A DNA stretch of 64,000 nucleotides from Firmicutes bacterium TM09-10 (GTDB lineage Bacteria > Bacteroidota > Bacteroidia > Bacteroidales > UBA932), in NCBI GenBank assembly GCA_963650755.1, contig CAVJMH010000003.1, positions 12,564 through 76,563 on the forward strand, written 5' to 3'. Numbering within the stretch: position 1 is the stretch's first letter; each line of letters opens with the position of its first letter. Made by a program: the position numbers and the translations under genes. Positions 38,620-48,284 of this stretch are shown here, in pieces. Under the pieces are notes generated by a model. It was not told the DNA's origin, ran no database searches, and was given only the letters and a program-made list of their open reading frames with translations.

Positions 38620-39765
38620 TTATTCGCTGTATTTCTTTTTTTGACTTTCAATTAGAGCATCGAGCACTCCCGGATCGAAATAATTGATTTTCATCGCGGC
38701 TTTGACTTCTTTGAGAGTCTGTGCGGCCGTTTCTTGAGCAATTTTAGAACCTTCCCTAAGTATGTCATAGACATAAGGAATGTTCTTCTCCAATTCCTTA
38801 CGGCGCTGACGTATAGGCTCAAGTGTGTCGTTAAGTATGGCTGCGAGGAAATTCTTTATCATCACGTCACCAAGTCCACCAGCTCTATACTGTGCTTTTA
38901 CTTCGTCCAGATTATGGAAATCGAAACTTACCTTTTTACCTACGAAGCAAGAGGCGAATTTTTCGAAATATTCGTCTCTGCAGAACGCATCGAGGTAAGT
39001 GAAAACAGTGTTTCCCTCTACTTTCCCAGGATCGCTCACCTGTAGATGTCCAGGGTCCGTGAACATTCCCTTTACTTTACTGCAAACCTCCTCAGCGCTG
39101 TCAGAAAGGTAGATGCAGTTCCCGAGGGACTTACTCATCTTAGCTTTTCCGTCTGTTCCGGGGAGCCTGAGGCAAGCCTGTTCAGTAGGGAGAAGAATTT
39201 CCGGTTCCACAAGCACAGGAGCATAAGTGCTATTGAATTTACGCACTATCTCGCGGGTCTGTTCTATCATAGGCTTCTGGTCCTCTCCGGCAGGGACTAC
39301 ATTGGCCTTGAATGCCGTAATATCAGCGGCCTGGCTTATAGGATAGCAGAAAAATCCGACTGGAGTGCCGGCTTTGTTATCCTCATCGGCATCCTCGTTG
39401 AAATGGCGCATCTGTATCTCCGCTTTCACGGTAGGGTTACGCTGAAGCCTCTGGACTGTAACCAGATTATTATAGAAAAAAGTCAGTTCGGTGAGCTCGC
39501 TGACCATGCTCTGTATGAATATCACGCATTTCGATGGGTCGAGTCCTGCGGAAAGATAGTCCAGTGCCACTTCGAGTATATTTTCGCGCACCTTATCAGG
39601 GTTATCTGCATTGTCGGTAAGTGCCTGAGCGTCAGCTATCATAATGTAGATTTTATCGAACTTCCCGCTGTTTTGAAGTTCTACGCGCCTACGAAGTGAA
39701 CCTACATAGTGTCCAATATGAAGGCGACCTGTAGGACGGTCGCCTGTTAAAATAATGTTAGCCAT
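38620..39765 (-). CDS. trpS: Tryptophan--tRNA ligase
   Basis: [31 protein letters not shown]. Confidence 0.97.
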   Translation of the reverse strand: MANIILTGDRPTGRLHIGHYVGSLRRRVELQNSGKFDKIYIMIADAQALTDNADNPDKVRENILEVALDYLSAGLDPSKCVIFIQSMVSELTELTFFYNNLVTVQRLQRNPTVKAEIQMRHFNEDADEDNKAGTPVGFFCYPISQAADITAFKANVVPAGEDQKPMIEQTREIVRKFNSTYAPVLVEPEILLPTEQACLRLPGTDGKAKMSKSLGNCIYLSDSAEEVCSKVKGMFTDPGHLQVSDPGKVEGNTVFTYLDAFCRDEYFEKFASCFVGKKVSFDFHNLDEVKAQYRAGGLGDVMIKNFLAAILNDTLEPIRQRRKELEKNIPYVYDILREGSKIAQETAAQTLKEVKAAMKINYFDPGVLDALIESQKKKYSE

Positions 39766-40796
39766 TAGTCTTTCGCTGCTTTAAGTGCCTCTCTTACCAG
39801 AGCTTCTATCTCATCACAGAGTTCAGGATTATCTTTGAGAACCTGTTTTACGGCAGCCGCTCCCTGTGCCAATTTCTCTCCGTTATAGCTGAACCATGAG
39901 CCGCTCTTGTGTATGATGTCGTATTCTACTGCCAAGTCCATAATTTCTCCTACGTGTGAGATACCTTCGCCATAAACGATGTCGAATTCGGCCTTCTTGA
40001 AAGGAGGAGCCATCTTGTTTTTAACGACTTTCACTCTCGTGCGGTTACCTGTAGCTTCATCACCGTCTTTAAGCTGATTAGTCCTTCTAACGTCCAGTCT
40101 TACTGAAGCGTAGAATTTGAGCGCGTTACCGCCTGTGGTGGTCTCCGGATTACCGAACATCACGCCTATCTTTTCACGAAGCTGGTTAATGAATATGCAG
40201 CAGGTGTTAGTCTTGGAGATATTGGCCGTGAGTTTGCGAAGAGCCTGGCTCATAAGGCGTGCCTGAAGTCCGACTTTGTTATCGCCCATCTCGCCCTCTA
40301 TCTCAGCCTTAGGAGTAAGGGCTGCCACGGAGTCGATTACCACTACGTCTATGGCACCGCTGCGGATGAGGTTATCGGCTATTTCAAGTGCTTGCTCCCC
40401 ATTATCTGGCTGAGAGACAAGCAGATTTTCAAGATTAACGCCAAGCGCTTTAGCGTAAGAGCGGTCAAAAGCGTGCTCTGCGTCTATCATGGCTGCGATG
40501 CCACCGTTCTTCTGGGCCTGTGCTATGGCATGTATGGCCAATGTGGTCTTACCGCTGGACTCGGGTCCGTAGATTTCAATTATCCTTCCGCGAGGGTATC
40601 CGCCTATTCCAAGTGCGTGGTCCAGGGCTATGCTGCCGCTCGGGATTACCTGTACGTCAAGTTCCGGCTGCTCGCCAAGAGTCATGATGGTACCCTTACC
40701 GTAGTCCTTTTCTATTTTGTCAATGGTGGCCTGCAAAGCCTTGAGTTTAGCGGCATTTACCTGCTCGCCGGTAGTGTTTTCTAATTCTTTACTCAT
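39765..40796 (-). CDS. recA: Recombinase RecA
   Basis: [41 protein letters not shown]. Confidence 0.99.
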   Translation of the reverse strand: MSKELENTTGEQVNAAKLKALQATIDKIEKDYGKGTIMTLGEQPELDVQVIPSGSIALDHALGIGGYPRGRIIEIYGPESSGKTTLAIHAIAQAQKNGGIAAMIDAEHAFDRSYAKALGVNLENLLVSQPDNGEQALEIADNLIRSGAIDVVVIDSVAALTPKAEIEGEMGDNKVGLQARLMSQALRKLTANISKTNTCCIFINQLREKIGVMFGNPETTTGGNALKFYASVRLDVRRTNQLKDGDEATGNRTRVKVVKNKMAPPFKKAEFDIVYGEGISHVGEIMDLAVEYDIIHKSGSWFSYNGEKLAQGAAAVKQVLKDNPELCDEIEALVREALKAAKD

Positions 40797-40856
40797 AATA
40801 GGATTTTTAAAAAGTTAGTAATAGTTTAAGTAATTTCCCGCTTACTTACAAGCGAA

Positions 40857-40864
40857 CAAACTTA
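40857..40864 (-). promoter_or_regulatory. Bacteroidota -7 box for recA-trpS
   Basis: Minus strand TAAGTTTG. Confidence 0.55.
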
Positions 40865-40942
40865 CGCAAAATTGCTTATTTTTGCAACTGACTTATCTTG
40901 AAAAAAAACTATTCAAGTTATTGGAAAATCGAATTATTGTCG

Positions 40943-40975
40943 TACATTTGCAGTGTATTAGTATAGTAGAACACT
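40943..40975 (+). promoter_or_regulatory. -7 promoter box followed by a YtrA/GntR-type operator palindrome
   Basis: TACATTTG (40943-40950), then AGTGT-ATTAGTATAGTAGA-ACACT (40952-40975) over the expected start site. The operon ends in a YtrA-like GntR gene. Confidence 0.75.
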
Positions 40976-40992
40976 ATAAATAAAATGGCAAT

Positions 40993-41823
40993 ATGATTAA
41001 AATCAACAACTTAACTTTCTCTTATGGGCACGGAGACGTTCTAAAGGACATATCCTTGCAGCTAAACTCCGGAAACATTTATGGTCTTCTCGGAGAAAAC
41101 GGAGTAGGAAAAACTACCCTTCTGACTCTCCTTTGCGGACTCAAAAAACCCCAGCAAGGGAACATTCTCATCGACGGATTCACGCCATATAAAAGAGATG
41201 CGGATTTTCTCTCCGGCATATATTATCTTAGCGATGAAGTACCTCAGATCAGCATGACTGCGCCAGCCTTCGGCGCCAATTATGGGAAACTATACAAAAC
41301 CTACAACGCGGAGCATTACCGCGAACTTCTTGACCTTTTCGAAGTTCCACTTGACAACAAGATGGATAAGATGTCCTCAGGCCAATTAAAAAAGATGCAC
41401 ATTAGTTTCGCTCTCGCAAGCGGATGCCGCTATCTACTTATGGATGAACCGACTAACGGCCTGGATATACCGTCCAAAAGTCAGTTCCGCAAAGCACTTA
41501 TGAAGTACACCGGCGACGAAGACACTGTCATCATATCCACTCATCAAGTAAAAGACCTCGAAAATGTGATAGATCCCATCATCATCCTTGACAAAACAGA
41601 TCTTCTGCTGAACGCCTCCATTCAGGAAATAACAGATAAACTTTATTTCGACTACGATAGTCCGACGATAATTCCTGACGCCCTTTATTCAGAAGAAATT
41701 CCGGGAGGACGCATACAAGTTAGACCTAACACGTCGCACTCTGACAGCAAAGTGAACATAGAAGCACTTTTCAATGCAGTGCACGCACATAAGGACTGGT
41801 TCAAGGCAACATTTAACAAATAA
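40993..41823 (+). CDS. ABC transporter ATP-binding protein (YtrB-like)
   Basis: GENGVGKT, MSSGQ, LMDEPTNGLD, ISTH. Confidence 0.93.
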   Translation: MIKINNLTFSYGHGDVLKDISLQLNSGNIYGLLGENGVGKTTLLTLLCGLKKPQQGNILIDGFTPYKRDADFLSGIYYLSDEVPQISMTAPAFGANYGKLYKTYNAEHYRELLDLFEVPLDNKMDKMSSGQLKKMHISFALASGCRYLLMDEPTNGLDIPSKSQFRKALMKYTGDEDTVIISTHQVKDLENVIDPIIILDKTDLLLNASIQEITDKLYFDYDSPTIIPDALYSEEIPGGRIQVRPNTSHSDSKVNIEALFNAVHAHKDWFKATFNK

Positions 41824-41835
41824 AAGGAAGGAGTC

Positions 41836-42660
41836 ATGAGCAATACATTCAATTTCAATAGGTTCAGCAAATATTACATAAGCGACCTTTCACGAGTTTT
41901 TTCCGATAACTATCTTCGGGTGCTTCTGATGTCGCTCGCCGGAGTCATAGCATACTTTTTCTGCGGCATCATTCACCTTATCTTCAGCGGGGATTGGATC
42001 TCCTATTCTCTTGCCGGAAGATTTGTAACATTTTTCATAATTTTCTGCGTGCTGATTATGGTCGTCCCGTCAAAAGAATATGGGATTTTAACTGACAAGC
42101 ATCAGGGAATTTTGTTTACTCTGCTCCCCGCTTCTGCCTTCGAAAAATTCCTCGCTATGTTCATCAATGTAGTGATTCTTACCCCATTGGCATATTTCGG
42201 AATAAGCCTTACTGCCGATGCACTGATGTGCCTGACAGATCCGAACTGCGGACAAACACTTGCATCTGCCATATTCGGTACATCCCAGGAATATAAAGCA
42301 TTTATGATAGAAGCAGGGTCAGAGGCATCTCTCATTCCGGGGCACGGAGAGTTAGTATGGGCTATTACACTTAATATCATCAATATGACTCTGATATTTC
42401 TTGTGGGAGCCCTTTATTTTAAGAAGAACAAAGTCAGCAAGACCATACTTTACTACATCCTCTTCCTTATGGTTCTGTCCATCATAGTATCCCTACTATT
42501 TTCTCATTTCAATGGATTTGAAAACTGGCTTAACAACTTCGACGGAGACATTGAGCGGGTCAGCACTGCCATAAAAGCATCCGGATTTATCATCAGTGGG
42601 CTCTTCACGATAGGAATGTCCCTATGGACATACTTTAGAATTAAAACCATAAAATACTGA
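41836..42660 (+). CDS. ABC transporter permease (about 6 TM)
   Basis: Hydrophobic helices, LLPASAFEKF motif, located between the ATPase and GntR genes. Confidence 0.8.
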   Translation: MSNTFNFNRFSKYYISDLSRVFSDNYLRVLLMSLAGVIAYFFCGIIHLIFSGDWISYSLAGRFVTFFIIFCVLIMVVPSKEYGILTDKHQGILFTLLPASAFEKFLAMFINVVILTPLAYFGISLTADALMCLTDPNCGQTLASAIFGTSQEYKAFMIEAGSEASLIPGHGELVWAITLNIINMTLIFLVGALYFKKNKVSKTILYYILFLMVLSIIVSLLFSHFNGFENWLNNFDGDIERVSTAIKASGFIISGLFTIGMSLWTYFRIKTIKY

Positions 42661-42665
42661 TTGAT

Positions 42666-43007
42666 ATGGTATTTGATGCTAACAAGCCAATATATCTGCA
42701 AATCGTGGATGACATCTGCGATAAGATTCTCGCCGGCGCTATAGAACCGGACACACGAATACCATCTGTTCGTGAATATGGAGCGCAAATGGGCGTAAAT
42801 CCCAACACCATAGTCCGCAGTTACGAAAAACTTACGACCGATGGTATCATATATAATAAAAGAGGAATAGGCTACTTCGTATGCTCTGATGCAAAAGATA
42901 AAGTACTTCGCATAATGCGCGATAAGTTCATCCACGAGCAATGGCCACAGGTGCTAAGAAAAGCACAGCTTCTCGGCCTCGACCTTTCAGAACTGTTATC
43001 CAAGTAG
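42666..43007 (+). CDS. GntR family regulator (YtrA subfamily)
   Basis: PIYLQI, RIPSVRE, VNPNTIVRSY, KRGIGYFV, short C-terminus. Confidence 0.93.
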   Translation: MVFDANKPIYLQIVDDICDKILAGAIEPDTRIPSVREYGAQMGVNPNTIVRSYEKLTTDGIIYNKRGIGYFVCSDAKDKVLRIMRDKFIHEQWPQVLRKAQLLGLDLSELLSK

Positions 43008-43014
43008 TCGCTTC

Positions 43015-43566
43015 TTAATTATCTGATTTGAGGGACTTTAGGACATTACCGTCCAAGTCCCTCATTACTATGAGGCCATTTTCTTCTATGGTGGCGAACG
43101 TAGGGACATTGCCTCCCTTAGGGAATGTAACGCTGCCTGTATTACAGATTACTATTCCGCGGTCATTACGTTCAAGCTTCCACAGGTGCGTGTGCCCATA
43201 GAAAAAAGCATCTATCCCCACAGGTGGAATGTTATCTTCGTTAAATTTGTGTCCATGAGTAAGGAAAATACGCCTGCTTCCAACCACAAGAAGGAGATAA
43301 TCACTCATGCACGGAAAAGAGAGAAGCATCTGATCCACTTCAGAGTCGCAATTACCGCGCACAGCGACTATCCTATCGGCACGTTCATTAAGTTTTTCCA
43401 CTATACCCATCGCGTCAAGACCTTCCGGGACACCATTTCTGGGGCCATAGTTTAGCAAATCGCCCAACGTGATGAGCATATCATAATGCCCGGCATCAAA
43501 AAACTCCAAAACCTTAGAAAGTCTTGGCAAGGAACCGTGTATGTCAGAGACTATCAAATATTTCAT
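43015..43566 (-). CDS. yfcE: YfcE-like metallophosphoesterase
   Basis: SDIHG, LGD, RGNCD, THGH, GHTH. Confidence 0.9.
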   Translation of the reverse strand: MKYLIVSDIHGSLPRLSKVLEFFDAGHYDMLITLGDLLNYGPRNGVPEGLDAMGIVEKLNERADRIVAVRGNCDSEVDQMLLSFPCMSDYLLLVVGSRRIFLTHGHKFNEDNIPPVGIDAFFYGHTHLWKLERNDRGIVICNTGSVTFPKGGNVPTFATIEENGLIVMRDLDGNVLKSLKSDN

Positions 43567-43605
43567 AATCAATTTATTGCTTAATAATCGTTTAAAATAA
43601 TTTCT

Positions 43606-44862
43606 CTATTTCCAAATGGCTGAAAGTCCGCCCTCTGAAGTCTCTTTATAAAGAGACGGAAGGTCCTTTCCTGTCTGTTTCATAGCCTTCACCACCTGAT
43701 CGAAAGACACGCGATGCAGACCGTCAGTGTAAGATGCATAGATATTGGCATCAAGAGCTCGCGCAGCAGCATAAGCATTACGTTCTATGCACGGAATCTG
43801 AACCAAACCGCACACAGGGTCGCAAGTCATCCCGAGGTGATGTTCAAGGCCCATTTCGGCAGCATATTCTATCTGAGCAGGAGTTCCGCCCATAAGTTGA
43901 TTAGCTGCAGCGGCGGTCATGGCACAAGCCACGCCGACCTCCCCTTGACATCCCACCTCAGCTCCCGATATGGAAGCATTGGTTTTCACTACATTACCTA
44001 CGAGGGCAGCAGTAGCAAGCGAACGGATTATCCTGTTATCGGAAAAGTTGTAAACCTTTTTCAGATGATATAGCACACTCGGGAGCACGCCGCATGACCC
44101 GCATGTAGGAGCTGTAACGATAGTGCCACCGGAAGCATTTTCCTCACTGACAGCCAATGCATATGCGAATATCAGCCCCCTTGTGCGCAAAACATCCTTA
44201 TAACCCTCGCTACGTACATAGTACGAAGCTGCCTTACGTCTAAGATGAAGAGGACCGGGGAGCACGCCCTCGTGATCAAGGCCACGCTCGATAGAAGCCT
44301 GCATAGCCTCCCACACCGTCTGAAGATAGTCATAAATCTGAACACCTTCCACCTGCTCGACATATTCCCAATACGCCTTCCCGTTTTCATTACACCACTG
44401 AAGGAGTTCAGTCATAGTATTAAGTAAATATACCTCAGGACTTTCCGCTTCCGGAAGCTGGTCACAACGTATGGCACCTCCGCCCACGCTATAAAAGGTC
44501 CATTCATCCGTCAAATCCACGTTTTCTTCCACAGAATGCTCATCCTTTCCGGCCTGAAAAAAGCCATCAAGCGCTTCCGGATTCAGAACCGTAGCTATAG
44601 TCATTGCATTAGGATGGGCAGGCAGAAAAACTTTCGGATACCAGTCTATACGCACCTTCCCCACAGGTGAAAGCACATCCATAATGGCCACATCCGTAAG
44701 ATGTCCCTTTCCCGTGGCCGCCAACGACCCATATAACTTAACATAGAATCCCATGGCCTCCGGATGATGCTCAAGATATAGTTTTGAGGCCAATTGAGGG
44801 CCCATCGTATGACTGCTCGACGGACCTTTTCCTATCTTATATATCTCCTTTATCGACTTCAT
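43606..44862 (-). CDS. sdaA: Fe-S L-serine ammonia-lyase, single chain
   Basis: GPSSSHTMGP, GSLAATGKGH, APTCGSCG, GCQGEVG, GMTCDPVCGLVQIPCIERN. Confidence 0.95.
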   Translation of the reverse strand: MKSIKEIYKIGKGPSSSHTMGPQLASKLYLEHHPEAMGFYVKLYGSLAATGKGHLTDVAIMDVLSPVGKVRIDWYPKVFLPAHPNAMTIATVLNPEALDGFFQAGKDEHSVEENVDLTDEWTFYSVGGGAIRCDQLPEAESPEVYLLNTMTELLQWCNENGKAYWEYVEQVEGVQIYDYLQTVWEAMQASIERGLDHEGVLPGPLHLRRKAASYYVRSEGYKDVLRTRGLIFAYALAVSEENASGGTIVTAPTCGSCGVLPSVLYHLKKVYNFSDNRIIRSLATAALVGNVVKTNASISGAEVGCQGEVGVACAMTAAAANQLMGGTPAQIEYAAEMGLEHHLGMTCDPVCGLVQIPCIERNAYAAARALDANIYASYTDGLHRVSFDQVVKAMKQTGKDLPSLYKETSEGGLSAIWK

Positions 44863-44880
44863 ATAACTTTCGTAAGTATT

Positions 44881-45492
44881 CTAATTCCCCTTTTCGGCAC
44901 AAATCTGCTCAAAACAGGTCCTCATCTGGTCAGTATTTTCAAAATGTATGGTATTCAGGCCAATAGAGCGAGAAATTTCACAATTAGCTGGCGTATCGTC
45001 TATAAAAACGCACTGCGAAGGGTCGAGATGGTAACGCTCAAGAAGCAGATGAAATATCGCCGGGTCAGGCTTTAAAAGTTTTACTTCTCCGGAAACTACT
45101 ATACCATCAAAAAGAGAGAAAAAATCGAAATGTTCGAAAGCATAAGGGAACTTCTCGGCCGACCAGTTAGTCAAGCCATACAAACCATATCTTTTTGATT
45201 TCAATTCCTTTAGAAAATCCACGGACTCTTGTATGCTCCCCTTCAACATTACAGGCCATGCCAAATCGAAGAGTTCTATCTCCGTGGAATATTCACTCCA
45301 GCGCGACTTCAATTCCGCCACCGCTTCAGCAAAAGTTCTGCCTCCATCCTGCTTGGCATTCCATTCAGAAGTACAGACATGAGAGAGGAACCACTCCATC
45401 TTCTGGTCATCCTTAAAATAAGGGCCATAAAAATATCGCGGGTTCCAGTCAACAAGTACTCCTCCAAAGTCAAAAATCACGTTTTTAATCAT
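44881..45492 (-). CDS. HAD family phosphatase
   Basis: FDFGGV, LTN, KPDP, FIDD motifs. Confidence 0.92.
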   Translation of the reverse strand: MIKNVIFDFGGVLVDWNPRYFYGPYFKDDQKMEWFLSHVCTSEWNAKQDGGRTFAEAVAELKSRWSEYSTEIELFDLAWPVMLKGSIQESVDFLKELKSKRYGLYGLTNWSAEKFPYAFEHFDFFSLFDGIVVSGEVKLLKPDPAIFHLLLERYHLDPSQCVFIDDTPANCEISRSIGLNTIHFENTDQMRTCFEQICAEKGN

Positions 45493-45552
45493 AAAACAAA
45501 ATTAATGTTTTTTTGTAAATTCGCCTTGGAAGTGAACGGTAAAACTGAATCA

Positions 45553-46740
45553 ATGACGAAAAATAAAAAAACGAGTTTTTCTGACCTCTTGAAAGCACAG
45601 CAAGAAAATGAACATAAAAAATTGTCAGCCAAACTCCCCTCTTGGACTGAATGCGAATCCCTTTCGCTTCCTCCGTCAACATCTCTGGAGCAGTGCTCTT
45701 CCGGCCCTATGGCAGAGTACAAAGCCCATTTTCTCGAAAGGACTTTACCGAGCCACGGCGTTATAGCGGACCTTACCGGAGGTTTCGGGTCAGATTCGTG
45801 GGCATTTTCTAAAGTTTTCGATAAAATTCTATATTTTGAGCGTAATGAAGCATTATGCCAATTGGCCCGAAAAAACTTCGCCGCCCTATGCGAACACCAT
45901 AAAAAAGAATTAAACATAGAATGTACATCCCTGGAGGTCGATGCCGAAACGATAGAAAAACTTGGAACATTAGACTGCATCTATGCCGACCCTGCGAGGC
46001 GCGACTCAAAAGGGAAAAAGGTGTTTCTCATCGAAGACTGCGCTCCGGACATGACGGACCTGCTGCCAGCCATTTCTAAGGTAAGTCATTATCTTCTAAT
46101 TAAATACTCCCCTATGGCCGACATCACGATGCTCCGCAGAAGACTATCTATACTACCAGATTTTACAGTTAAAAGCATAGGGGTGATAGGCCTTAATTCT
46201 GAGGTAAAAGAAATACTGGTATTCCTAAGCGATAAACACGTGGACGTGCCCGAACTTTTCATAGCCGATGCTGTAACAGGCCAAGACGAAATGCTGAATC
46301 TTGATGGGATACCTCGAGAAATTAAACTTATGGGCCGCGACAAACCCTCTACCGGAGAGTTCCTGCTCGAGCCAAACGCCATTCTGTTAAAATCAGGATA
46401 CCACGATTCTATCTGCACCCTTTTCGACGCAGAAAAAATAGGACAGGACTGCCATCTTTATGTAACATCGGAAAGGGCGGATGACAAGCACGAATTGGCA
46501 AAATATGTAAAGCAGTTCGAGATAGTCAAATGCATGGAATTCAATAAGAAGAACATAAGGGAAATAGGAGCGCTCTACCCTAAAGCCGAAGTGAAAGCAA
46601 AGGGAATACACCTGAAGAGCGAAGAACTCGCCGCACTGCTCGGATGTAAAAGTGGCATAGCGGAGGACGGAGAGCACTATCAGATCTTCGCCGTGGCGAA
46701 CGGACGCGCTAAGCACCTACTCGCTACACGAATTATCTGA
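45553..46740 (+). CDS. Class I SAM-dependent methyltransferase with THUMP-like C-terminus
   Basis: LEQCSS, DLTGGFGSD, YADPARR, KYSPMADI, LEPN. Start reassigned to ATG 45553, because the longer ORF overlaps the HAD gene. Confidence 0.8.
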   Translation: MTKNKKTSFSDLLKAQQENEHKKLSAKLPSWTECESLSLPPSTSLEQCSSGPMAEYKAHFLERTLPSHGVIADLTGGFGSDSWAFSKVFDKILYFERNEALCQLARKNFAALCEHHKKELNIECTSLEVDAETIEKLGTLDCIYADPARRDSKGKKVFLIEDCAPDMTDLLPAISKVSHYLLIKYSPMADITMLRRRLSILPDFTVKSIGVIGLNSEVKEILVFLSDKHVDVPELFIADAVTGQDEMLNLDGIPREIKLMGRDKPSTGEFLLEPNAILLKSGYHDSICTLFDAEKIGQDCHLYVTSERADDKHELAKYVKQFEIVKCMEFNKKNIREIGALYPKAEVKAKGIHLKSEELAALLGCKSGIAEDGEHYQIFAVANGRAKHLLATRII

Positions 46741-46771
46741 ACGATATAGTGAGGGCCGAATGAACAAAATC

Positions 46772-48250
46772 CTATAACGGATCGACATCTATTATGTAAA
46801 GAGCGCCGTACTGAAGACGTAGCTGAGACTTTTCCCGTTCAAGCCGTGGGCCGCGTTCAAACACTTTCCTTTCAACCAACTGGCCAGTCTTTTTATCTTT
46901 AATATCGACAAGACGTGTATATGGCGGCATATTAAAAGCCAGACGTTCAGAAAGAAGTGCATCCTCAAACGACAAGTCCGATATAGCGGCATAGACAGGA
47001 TGCGAGAATTCGCTGCACTGCACCAGAAGATTTCGAGTATGCGAGGCGAAATTACGCAGAGCTTGAAGTGCTTTCTCGTCAGCCCTGAAATCGTCCCTAT
47101 CGAAAAGTGCATCGGAGCGCAGCACCGCCGTAAGACAGCTCTGTCGCACTATATGCTTGGCCGCAAAAGGAGTAAGAATTTGAGGGTCAAGTGAAGGAAA
47201 ACGCGTAGCGAAAAAATCCACCACTTCCTCTTCCTTCTGATAAGAGCGAATTATGGTAACAAGATCTCCTTCAGGGATTTTCTTTAGTTTCAAAAGCAGC
47301 TTTTTCGAATACTCCCCTTCCATTCCTCTCTTTCTTTTTTCCGAAGGAATGTCTATGATTTCGACCTGGCAAGGAGGCGCCGTAACCCCCTTAATAAGGG
47401 AATATTTGCCTATCTTACAATTATATAGACTTTCCAGAGATGGAGTGAACGAGCCAAGTATCACCTGCGCGGAATGGATGCTTCCCAGCACCACTGCCAC
47501 ATCCCTGGCGTTATAACGCGGGGCAGGTTCTATCTGCTTATGTGAAGAATCCTGCTCCTCATCCACTATTATGACGCCGAGCTTTCGGAACGGAAGAAAA
47601 AGGGCACTCTTAGTACCAACGACCACTAAGGGATGTTCCGCTTTTCTTAAACTTTCGACCAATTTCCTTTTCTTGGCCGGCGTTATAAGGCTGTCGTATA
47701 ACTGGACTTTTTCTTTAAATTCCTCATTAAGAGCATCTTGCAGGATAAAAGTATATTCCAATTCAGGAACAAGAACAAGTGCGCTGAAGCCTTCCTCCAC
47801 AGCGGCTCTAACCCTTTGTATATAATAAGGAATCCTGTCAAGACTTTCATATAGAATAGGCTTCGAGGCTCGCAAAGACTCCGGTTTAGCGGGGCATTCA
47901 GTCGCCGGCTCTGCCACTGCACTCTTTCGTTTACTTTTCTCGCTGGCAATTTTATATTTGGGATATGCCGCACCGTAAACTTCACCCAGAGTGCAGAGAT
48001 AATACGAAGCGATGAATTTCCAAAGTGAAAACTCTTCCCCCGTTATATCCGCCACCGTAGGAAGTAGAGAAGTGATAGGGTTTATCTTATAGCCAACGCC
48101 AGCGTCAACGGGAGCCGCGCCCATCACCACTGCCGTGTATTGCTTTCCGCTGAAGACCACCTCCACCCTCTGACCCACACGTAAAGTGTCTTCACAGCTA
48201 TAGAGCGGAAGCCAGTCGAGTTTAAGCGGAAGTAACAGATTATAAAGCAC
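46772..48250 (-). CDS. priA: Primosomal protein N' (PriA), shortened and degenerate
   Basis: N-terminal 3'-binding domain (GQRVEVVF, WKFIASYYLC), LVPE, VDEEQD..KQ..PRYNARD, GSFTPSLES, DFRA, PPY, C-terminal DVDP. Walker A and CxxC motifs are absent. Confidence 0.85.
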   Translation of the reverse strand: MLYNLLLPLKLDWLPLYSCEDTLRVGQRVEVVFSGKQYTAVVMGAAPVDAGVGYKINPITSLLPTVADITGEEFSLWKFIASYYLCTLGEVYGAAYPKYKIASEKSKRKSAVAEPATECPAKPESLRASKPILYESLDRIPYYIQRVRAAVEEGFSALVLVPELEYTFILQDALNEEFKEKVQLYDSLITPAKKRKLVESLRKAEHPLVVVGTKSALFLPFRKLGVIIVDEEQDSSHKQIEPAPRYNARDVAVVLGSIHSAQVILGSFTPSLESLYNCKIGKYSLIKGVTAPPCQVEIIDIPSEKRKRGMEGEYSKKLLLKLKKIPEGDLVTIIRSYQKEEEVVDFFATRFPSLDPQILTPFAAKHIVRQSCLTAVLRSDALFDRDDFRADEKALQALRNFASHTRNLLVQCSEFSHPVYAAISDLSFEDALLSERLAFNMPPYTRLVDIKDKKTGQLVERKVFERGPRLEREKSQLRLQYGALYIIDVDPL

Positions 48251-48284
48251 TTCTTTAACGTTTTATACAGAGGGTTACTCTCTT

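Noticed and set aside
45229..45552. N-terminal extension of the 503 aa methyltransferase ORF
   Set aside because: Overlaps the HAD gene on the other strand. ATG 45553 after the intergenic gap is the plausible start.
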